Positions 15,051 to 22,737 of a DNA stretch of 64,000 bases are shown here, in pieces. A program made the position numbers and the translations under genes. Source of the stretch: Rebecca billardiae RCC1528 (Eukaryota > Protista > Haptophyta); contig OZ251222.1 in assembly GCA_965240325.2 (NCBI GenBank), forward strand, positions 3,782,001-3,846,000, in the 5' to 3' direction. The first letter of the stretch is position 1. Each line of letters opens with the position of its first letter. Under the pieces are notes generated by a model, which saw nothing but the letters and a program-made list of their open reading frames with translations, made no database searches and was not told where the DNA came from.

Positions 15051-18000
15051 TCAGTGCGCGTGGTCTTCGAGCAGCGTGTCGGGCCGCGAGGTGCGCAGCG
15101 CGGGCGTCGGCGCCGCGGAGGCCCCGGCCGCGGCGGTGGGCCCGAGCGTCGAGGTGGCGTCCACCTTGTCCTCCTTGGCGCCCGCCGAGGCGAGCACGAC
15201 GCCGACCGCGCCGACGATGAGTGTGAGCGAGGCGAGCGCAGAGACGAGCGAGGGCATGGGCGTGATGCCGATCGCCACGCCCTCGATCGTCGCGGCGATG
15301 GGCATCATCAGGATCACCACCGAGATGACGAGCGGCGAGAGGTACTTGAGCGCGACCACCCAGCCCATCGCGCCGATGCCGTCCGCGACGAGCGCAATGT
15401 ACACGGCGACGAGCAGCCGGTCGGTCTCGGGGCGCAGCCAGCCGAAGAGGCCCTTGCGCGAGAAGTCGAAGGGCGTGAGCTCGCCCTCCGCGCCCGCGAG
15501 CAGCGGCGGCACGCAGTACAGCGCGCCGAGCACGTTGATGAGCCCGAACTGCACGGGCGCGGGCATGAGCGGCCGCAGCTTCTCGTTGGCGAGAATGTAC
15601 CCCATCGCGCCGAACGAGCCGAGGAAGGCAATGGCGTTGCCGAGCAGCGGCGAGCCACCGCTCACCCCGCTGCCGTCCGCGCCCGCCTCGCCGCCGCCGC
15701 CGCCGTCGGCGTCGGCAGCGGCCGCCGCCGCCGCCTCGTCGTTGGCGACGACGGCGACGATCGCGCCCGAGAGCAGCGCGACGAGCGCGCCGCCCACCTC
15801 GAGCGCGCCCAGCCGCTCGCGGCGGTACAGCTTGAGGCCGAGGAGTAGCACGGGCGTGAGGTTGTTGAACATGAGCGCGTTCGCCGTCGACGTCGAGTAC
15901 AGCGCGAGGTTGAAGCACGCCGACTGGATCGTCGTGCCGAGCGACGCGCCGAGGAAGAGCCAGGCGACGCGGCGCGTGAGCAGCGTGGCGCGCAGCTTGG
16001 ACGAGAAGGCGATCGACGAGACGGCCGGCGCGCAGAAGGCGACGGAGATGGAGGCGAAGCGCCAGTGCAGCGTGAGCAGCCCGCCCACGCCCGCGCCGAG
16101 GAAGTGGAACGCGTGGCCGAGCGACGCGGCGGCGAACAGCGCCACGCCGACGATCACGTACCCGACCAGCGGCACCTTGCGCGTGACCGTCACCTCGATC
16201 TGCACGCCCGTCGACTCGCGCACCTCCGCCGCGTCGCGCTCGGCGGCGGCGCCCGGCTTGAGCAGCTCGCGCTGCTGCTCGGACACGTCGAAGGGCGCGA
16301 TGACCGCCGCCTCGGTGACGGGCAGCACCGACGGGTCGGACGCGAGCGCCTCGGCGCCGCTCAGCGCGACCGTGGGCAGCTCCCGCACGAGCGTCGGCGT
16401 GTCGCCCACCAGCTCACGCCGCACGGACGGGCGCGCGCTGATCGTGATCGAGTCGATGCCGCTCGGCAGCGGCGGCAGCCCGATGCGCCGGAGGAACGCG
16501 TGCACGTCGTCGTCGCCCGAGACCGGCACGCTCACCTCCAGCGGCGCGGGCGGCGCCGAGCCGTCATCGGGGCTGATGCTCGTTGCAGCGCCCGACATCC
16601 GGGCCGCGCCCGACAGCCGCGACGCCGAGGCGCGGCGCGACACCGGCGGCGCGTCGGCGGGCGGCGGCGCGGTGTTGAAGACGGTGACGAGGTGCTGCGG
16701 CCCCGCGCCCGTGCGCGCGTCCGGCATCTCAATCAGGAACGCCTCCGCGCCGGTGGACGGGCCGGCGGTCCGGAGGGGCGGGTCGGCGACGGCGCCCGGC
16801 CCCGTGCTCGAGGCGCTCGCGATCACGCCACCGATCGACATGCGCCGCTCCGTGCCGCCGAGCGAGCGCACGCGGTCCAGCCGCGGCGGCAACGCCGGCG
16901 GCGCGTCGTCGCTGCCGTCCTCCGGCTCGCCGGCCCGCGGCCGCGCGGCGGCGACGGGCAGATCGACCATGATGGCGTGCGTGGGCTGCACGAGCTGCAG
17001 GCTGCGCGCCGCTTCATCGGCGGCGTAGCGCGAGTCGCCGCCGCGGTCGCGGTTCGCGTCGATGATCACGCCGCGCACGAACTCGGCGGGCTGCTCCGCC
17101 GCCGACGCGGGGCCGGGCACCGCCGGCTGCGCGGGCAGCTCGCCGAGCGCGAGCGCGCGCGCGGCCATCTCCGCGTCGAGCGCGCCGACCGTCGGCTGCT
17201 CGCCCAGGTCGCGCGGCGGCTCGACGCCGAGCCCGAGCCGGAGCGTGACGCCGGCGCCAGGCGGTGGCGGCGCGTCGCCCCACTGCGGGCGCGCGCCGTC
17301 ATCGCCGCCCGACGCGCCGCTCGTCCGGCTCGGCGTCGCGCTGCCGCCTGCCGGCGCGGTTGGCCGCGCGGGCGCGGGCGCCGCGCCGAGCGCGCGCTCG
17401 ACAGGCGGCGGAAGCGCGCCGCCGCCGGCCGACGCGGATGAGGCGAACGACCCGCTGCCCACGCGCGTGGCGACGACGGGCCCGGCGGCGGCGGCGGCGC
17501 CGGCCGAGGGCACGGTGCCCACGCTCGGCCGGAGCGCCGCGCCATCCACGCCCGCCGCGACCGGCGCCGTCGCCGCGGGCGTGCTGAGCATCGTGCGCGC
17601 GGTGCGCAGCTGCGCGACGGTCTCGGCCGCGCACCAGAGCATGCCCTGCGTCGAGTGCGCGAGCAGCGCGCGGCGCTGCGCGGCGAGCTCGAGCGCTTCG
17701 ACGAGCGAGAAGTAGCCGTCCGCGCTGCGCTCGCGCACCTCGCTCATCGCGTTGAATAGCCGGCGCGCGTGCGCGAGGAACAGCCCCGCCTCGAGCGGCT
17801 GGTCGGCCGAGAGCCCGCGGCCGATCTGCGCGACCAGACCCTGCTCGTCGAGCGCCACGCGCGCGGCCGTGGGCGGCAGGTCGGCGCGGCTGTAGTACGC
17901 GGCGTCGGTCTCGACGAGCACCCGCGCGAGCGCCTCGCCGGGCAGCCCCGCCTGCACCAGCCCCTTCACCAGCTCCGCCTCGTGCAGGTGGTCCGCGGTG

Positions 18001-18533
18001 CACAGCAGCAACTCGGACTCGGGCTCAAAGTGAGCGCGCGCGCGTAGCAGCGATGCGCCGTGCCCGTCGGAAAAGGCCGGGCCGAGGTCGACGACCTCGA
18101 TGGAGATGTACTTGGAGAGGGGCGAACGCCGCGCCGCGTCGGCCACGAGCCCACCGTCGCGCCCGCCCACCACGAGCACGAGGCGCAGGATGCCCGCGTC
18201 GACGAGCTGGCGCAGCTGCTGCACGATGAAGGGCTTGCCGCCGACCATCCGCAGCGCGGGCGGCAGGCCGGCGGCGGGGAGGCCGCCCGTCTCGCACCCG
18301 ACGGAGGCGCGCGAGACGGTGCTCAGCAGCGCCTGCTTCACCCGCGCCGTCGAAGGCGGCGGCGTGTACCCGATGGCGACCGCGTCGGCGCTCGCCTGGC
18401 CCGACTCCTCAGCGCGCGCGTACACGGCATCGCCGTCCTTGGCCAGGCCCTCGACGAGGTCGCGCTCGGTCACGTTGAGCAGGTTGGCCACGCGCTCGAG
18501 GTCGATCGACCACACCTTTGCGTTCGAATCCAT
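15051..18533 (-). CDS. Fusion: nucleotidyltransferase-like domain (LicC/IPCT-type, degenerate motifs) + EamA/DMT transporter
   Basis: N-terminal domain: LPPALRMVGGKPFIVQQL..AGILRLVLVVG, GHGASLLRA, LLLCTADH, QIGRGL..LEAGLF, WCAAET. C-terminal ~10 TM: ALYSTSTANALMFNNLTPV, LLGNAIAFLGSFGAMGY, ALKYLSPLVISVVILMMPIAA. One uninterrupted frame from ATG 18533. Confidence 0.85.
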   Translation of the reverse strand: MDSNAKVWSIDLERVANLLNVTERDLVEGLAKDGDAVYARAEESGQASADAVAIGYTPPPSTARVKQALLSTVSRASVGCETGGLPAAGLPPALRMVGGKPFIVQQLRQLVDAGILRLVLVVGGRDGGLVADAARRSPLSKYISIEVVDLGPAFSDGHGASLLRARAHFEPESELLLCTADHLHEAELVKGLVQAGLPGEALARVLVETDAAYYSRADLPPTAARVALDEQGLVAQIGRGLSADQPLEAGLFLAHARRLFNAMSEVRERSADGYFSLVEALELAAQRRALLAHSTQGMLWCAAETVAQLRTARTMLSTPAATAPVAAGVDGAALRPSVGTVPSAGAAAAAGPVVATRVGSGSFASSASAGGGALPPPVERALGAAPAPARPTAPAGGSATPSRTSGASGGDDGARPQWGDAPPPPGAGVTLRLGLGVEPPRDLGEQPTVGALDAEMAARALALGELPAQPAVPGPASAAEQPAEFVRGVIIDANRDRGGDSRYAADEAARSLQLVQPTHAIMVDLPVAAARPRAGEPEDGSDDAPPALPPRLDRVRSLGGTERRMSIGGVIASASSTGPGAVADPPLRTAGPSTGAEAFLIEMPDARTGAGPQHLVTVFNTAPPPADAPPVSRRASASRLSGAARMSGAATSISPDDGSAPPAPLEVSVPVSGDDDVHAFLRRIGLPPLPSGIDSITISARPSVRRELVGDTPTLVRELPTVALSGAEALASDPSVLPVTEAAVIAPFDVSEQQRELLKPGAAAERDAAEVRESTGVQIEVTVTRKVPLVGYVIVGVALFAAASLGHAFHFLGAGVGGLLTLHWRFASISVAFCAPAVSSIAFSSKLRATLLTRRVAWLFLGASLGTTIQSACFNLALYSTSTANALMFNNLTPVLLLGLKLYRRERLGALEVGGALVALLSGAIVAVVANDEAAAAAAADADGGGGGEAGADGSGVSGGSPLLGNAIAFLGSFGAMGYILANEKLRPLMPAPVQFGLINVLGALYCVPPLLAGAEGELTPFDFSRKGLFGWLRPETDRLLVAVYIALVADGIGAMGWVVALKYLSPLVISVVILMMPIAATIEGVAIGITPMPSLVSALASLTLIVGAVGVVLASAGAKEDKVDATSTLGPTAAAGASAAPTPALRTSRPDTLLEDHAH

Positions 18534-19181
18534 CGCGGCGGTTGGTGCCGGTCGGCGGTGTCGCGCTGCGTTTCGGGAAGTGGCGGCGTCGTGCGGGACG
18601 GGGCGGCAAACGGCCTGATGCGGCGAGCGGCGAGCGCGAAGACCGCTCCCGCACAGTCCGGCGGCCCAAACGCCCAATCAGCGCGCTCGTGGCTGATGAC
18701 GAATGTCGAATCGAAGCTTGCGAGTCAGATGCGCCCTGGCCACGTGCCAGAAGTAGTAGTATGCCCAAGCGGCTTCAATGAATATGGGGTACCGTACAGC
18801 CAAGGGCATATTACTACAAGTAGCGAGAATGCAGCGGCGGAAGGGCTGGCGCCTGGCGGCGGCGGAGGGTTGTCGTCCCTTCAAGAACGTCCTACAAAGT
18901 AGTGAAACTTGAGCGCCAACCTGGCGCTACACAGTCGGCGTCGGAACAGTCAGATTCGCCTGATTCGGCAGCTGCCGCCCCGAAGCCCCGCCGGCGGACC
19001 TTCTCAGGCTTCTTTCTGTGGTGTGATTCGGAATGTTGTCGTGGGGTTTGGACCTTTGATGAAAGGAAGGGCGACGACCACGACGACGGCCGCCGCGCAC
19101 ACGCGACAAGGCGACGGCAGCCGCTCTGCGCCGGAAAGGGGCGCACGCGCGCGCGCAGGCCGCGCCACGAGCGGCCTGGCG

Positions 19182-20370
19182 CTACTCGCCCTCGCCCTCG
19201 GTGTCGCGCGGCAGCTGCGCGATGGGCAGGTAGTACGTCTCGCGCCCGTGCCAGTACTTGCGCGCCACACCCATCCACTCCTCCTCGGCGACGTTGATGG
19301 GCACGGGGATAAACTCGCACGCGAGCCCGAGCTGCGCCAGCTCCGCCTGCGCCGCGCGCGCGCGGCCACCGTCGCTCTGAGGCGCCGCACACTCGCGCAG
19401 CACTCAGGCGCGCGCGCGCGCGCGCGCGCGGCATGCCTCGCCGCGGGCAGGCGCGCGCGCGCACCTGCACGACCTGGCAGATCACGCCATGGAAGAAGAG
19501 GTTGTCCGGGCACAGCCCGTTGAAGAAGGAGTACAGCCCACCCGGCGCAAGCAGCTCCGGCAGCCGCGCGTGCAGCTCGCGCATGTCCTCGTAGTCCTCC
19601 GCGTACGCGTCGTAGAAGATCGCGTCAAAGGCACCCAGCCGCTCGGCGCGCACGACGTCCTGCCAGCGGCCCTCGACGAGCGTGACGTTCGGCTTCGCCG
19701 CCCACCCGTCCGCGCGCGCACGCGCGAGCACGCCCGGGTGCGCCTCGACGATCATGTGCGCGGCGCAGCCCGCCGCCTGGATCTCCGCGTCGACGATGCC
19801 GAGCCCAAAGCCGATGTTGAGCACGCGCCTGTCGGCGTTGGCGCCGCACAGCGCAAGCGCGTGCGCGCGCATCAGCGGCGCCTCCCACGCCATCATCACC
19901 GCGTCATTCGCCTCGTCGAGCAGCCGGTCGCCGTCGTACCGCACGGCGCGCGCAAGGTACTCGGCCGACTCGCCCGCGGCGGGCGCAGAGGTGGGCGGTG
20001 CAACCGCGGCGGTGGCGCCGCTGTCGTCGCCGCCGGCGCCGCCGGCCATGCGCATGCGCTCGTTGCGCCCCGCGGCGCCGAGCAGCAGCTCGCACCTTGC
20101 GGCGTGCTCGACGATCGCGTCGACAACGACCTGGTGCCCCTCCGCCAGCGCGTACTCACCCGCGCACCGGCCGGCGCGGTCGAGCGCGTTCCACGGCGCA
20201 CCCGCGCGCAGCAGTGCGGCGACGGCGCGCTCGCTGCCCGCGCGCGCGGCGAGCATGAGGCAGGACGTGCCCGTTGCGCCCTCAAAGTAGCTCGCGTCCG
20301 CGCCCGCCTCGACGAGCGTCTCCACCGCGTCCGCGTCGCCCGCCTCGCACGCGCGGTGCAAGTCCGCCAT
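19182..20370 (-). CDS. RMT2: Protein arginine N-methyltransferase 2 (ankyrin + GAMT-like); exons 20370-19465 and 19346-19182
   Basis: Ankyrin repeats (LLRAGAPWNALD), AVMMAWEAPLM, VLNIGFGLGIVD, IVEAHP, FDAIFYD, GLYSFFNGLCPDN. A phase-0 GT-AG intron (19464-19347) joins to ...WMGVARKYW...YYLP. Confidence 0.9.
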
Positions 20371-20433
20371 GCTGGCTCCCCAAAAGAGTCCGAGGCACCG
20401 AGCGGCGAGCCGGCGAGCCCGTGCGTCCGTACT

Positions 20434-20657
20434 ACAGTTTACTATGTTTTAACGTGCACACTTGGTTAAGGCGTGATTGACGCCATCCAACACTGCACAA
20501 AGACACAGTTTATTTGTATTAACGTGCGCAAGGCTCACGGTGGCAGGTTGCCGCGCCATCCTTCATCGCACGCTCTCCGACTCGAAGAGAGACCTGGAAA
20601 CTGGGGTTTGAACACAGTTTACTATGATTTAACGTGCACACTTGGTTAAGGCGTGAT
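20434..20657 (-). repeat. Two 44-bp direct repeats (20434-20477, 20614-20657) resembling retroposon 3' tails
   Basis: acagtttactatg[t/a]tttaacgtgcacacttggttaaggcgtgat, 1 mismatch, 180 bp apart. The reverse complement ends GCACGTTAA...TAAACTGT, like the SINE tail. Confidence 0.85.
20505..20613 (-). mobile_element. 5'-truncated copy of the tRNA-derived SINE seen at 40763
   Basis: The reverse complement gttcaaaccccagtttccaggtctctcttcg...ggatggcgcggcaacctgccaccgtgagccttgcgcacgtta...aataaactgt aligns with 40817-40936. Confidence 0.8.
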
Positions 20658-20734
20658 ACGTACTTTTAATAAAAACGTAATCTCGCCCAAATCGCCTGCC
20701 TGAGCTGTGTGCGTCTCTTATTCTTAGTAAACTA

Positions 20735-20976
20735 ATAAATTCCCCTTTATAACGGGCTCCGGGTGATCAGACTGGCGGCCGAAGCCTCCAGCCCTACCCT
20801 GGCCAGCCCCCAACCAACCACCACCCTCACCCAAGTCCCAACCTCAAACCAAACTGTACAGGGCTGGATGGATGCAATAACTTGAATAACTTGGTTGGGG
20901 GCTGGCCAGGGTAGGGCTGGAGGCTTCGGCCGCCAGTCTGATCATCCGGAGCCCGTTATAAATAAGGGGAATTTAT
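20735..20976. mobile_element. MITE-like foldback element
   Basis: Inverted arms 20735-20817 and 20891-20976 (~83 bp, one mismatch and one small indel) around a 73-nt loop. Confidence 0.75.
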
Positions 20977-21406
20977 AAAGTCGTCGTGCTGTACCAGCTT
21001 ACTTACTACTGTTAGTAGTACCAGTTGCTACATGCTAATTTACTACTACTACTGTTAGCTACTGTAGTACACGTGCTGTACTTAGTACTATATAGGAGTG
21101 TCTATAGGACTACTATACAGCTACAGCAATACTCATCAATAGTACCGTAGTAGCAATAATTATATAACAGCTTACGCGCCAGTAACTACCGTCTGAGTGA
21201 GTACCGACTACCGACTAAGCTACAGTAACCGAGTACGTCGTACGGCGGCGGTCTAACTACAGGGTGAAAATGAAAATGAGTATACACTTATATATATAAC
21301 GCCGCGGCAGGTGTGAGGCCCACGAGGCACGAGTCATTACTACTGTATTGAGAGCACGCGGCCTGCCACAGTGAAATATATAGCTACATCCTGTTCGACA
21401 CGGTCA

Positions 21407-22444
21407 TCATCTGGCGGGCGCACCGGCGCCTGCACGGGCGGCGCGGCCGCCGTACAGCGCCTCGAGCAGGCCGATGTTGACAGCGTTGTACGCGCCCGTC
21501 TCGGGCTGGAAGTGCACGTCGTCCACGTACTGCGAGGCACGCAGGCCGAGTCTCTCCGTGAGCTCGCCCGCCTCGAAGATGGTGTCGTCGGCGAACGCGG
21601 CGCGCGCCTCCTCGTCGCGCTGCGCGCGCGGCCGCGACGCGCGCTTGGTCGTCGAGCGCCACACGACGCGCGTCGCCGCAGCCGCCGCCGCCGCGCGCAG
21701 CGCCGTGTAGTTCACGAGGTGTGCGGAGTCCCAGAGCCCCTGGTTGAGCACGAGCACGCTCGGCCGCAGCGGGGCTACCACGCGGCGCACCGCCTCGCTC
21801 CACTCGTACCTCCACATCCGCTTCCGCCAGCGCAGGAAGACAGCGTGCTCCATCGGCCCGCGCGGCGCGGCGTGCGGCGGCTTGAGGCCCCACGGCCCCC
21901 AGAGGTGGCCGAGCACGCGCAGCCGGCCGAAGACGGCGATGTAGGTGACGTTAACGCCGCACGCGCGCGCGTGCAGGTAGCGCGCCTCGACGTACTCCGT
22001 CGGGATGAAGTGCCTCCCGCCGCGGTAGCAGTCGCACCACTCGTCCGCGCGCGCGCCGCTCGGGCCGCTGTTCAGCTCCGTGTGCGTCGTGCGGAAGAAC
22101 TGCGACCAGCCGCGCGCCCAGCTCTTCTCGCTCAGAGGGTTGCTCGCGTTGCGGAACGCCCACGACCGGTTCGCGCCGTACCGCAGGCTGTACGCCAGGT
22201 CGACATACATGTAGCGCGTGATCGAGTCGCCCATCAGCACGATCGACTCGCCCGGCGGGACGCACACGCGCCGCCGCGGGTCGCGCTGCGCGTGCACGCA
22301 GCAGCCGCGGCCGGCGTGCCACGTGGCCGGCATGGCCGCTCGGCACGCTCCGGGCGCGAGCACGGCCACCATCGCCGCGATGATCGCGGCCGCGCCCGCC
22401 CCGCGCCGCGCCACGGCTTCAGCCGACGCCATCGTCATTTTCAT
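21407..22444 (-). CDS. SGNH/GDSL-type (PC-esterase-like) hydrolase/acyltransferase, secreted or anchored
   Basis: Hydrophobic N-terminus; IVLMGDSITRY (block I), VLVLNQGLWD (block III), VVWRSTT, YVDDVHF (DxxH). Confidence 0.85.
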   Translation of the reverse strand: MKMTMASAEAVARRGAGAAAIIAAMVAVLAPGACRAAMPATWHAGRGCCVHAQRDPRRRVCVPPGESIVLMGDSITRYMYVDLAYSLRYGANRSWAFRNASNPLSEKSWARGWSQFFRTTHTELNSGPSGARADEWCDCYRGGRHFIPTEYVEARYLHARACGVNVTYIAVFGRLRVLGHLWGPWGLKPPHAAPRGPMEHAVFLRWRKRMWRYEWSEAVRRVVAPLRPSVLVLNQGLWDSAHLVNYTALRAAAAAAATRVVWRSTTKRASRPRAQRDEEARAAFADDTIFEAGELTERLGLRASQYVDDVHFQPETGAYNAVNIGLLEALYGGRAARAGAGAPAR

Positions 22445-22546
22445 GTTTCATCAGCATGGCTGACAATGTGAATGGCGGTGAGATGGCTCGTTGATTGTCT
22501 ATAGCTACCTTTAGTAAAGTAGTAGCTTAGTATTCGATGACACGAG

Positions 22547-22658
22547 GCCGCACAGCAGGGGCCTCGTGTCTACGGCACACTACTGACTATTGCTGGGTCG
22601 CAGCGCACTGTAGGATCCAGCACAGGCACAGCCGCACAGCAGGGGCCTCGTGTCTACG
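22547..22658. repeat. 28-bp direct repeat (22547-22574, 22631-22658) overlapping an 11-bp perfect hairpin (22539-22570)
   Basis: gccgcacagcaggggcctcgtgtctacg x2; stem gacacgaggcc / ggcctcgtgtc. Confidence 0.85.
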
Positions 22659-22737
22659 AGCCCGGGTGCTGGCTGCAGCGGCAGCTGCCGTGGGGCCCAT
22701 CACAGCGGCCCGCCGATGCATAGCGCTCCGCAGGGCC

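Noticed and set aside
18892-19464. C-terminus of the 492-aa ORF as given in the track
   Set aside because: Read-through into an intron. The true RMT2 C-terminus is in another frame ending at 19182.
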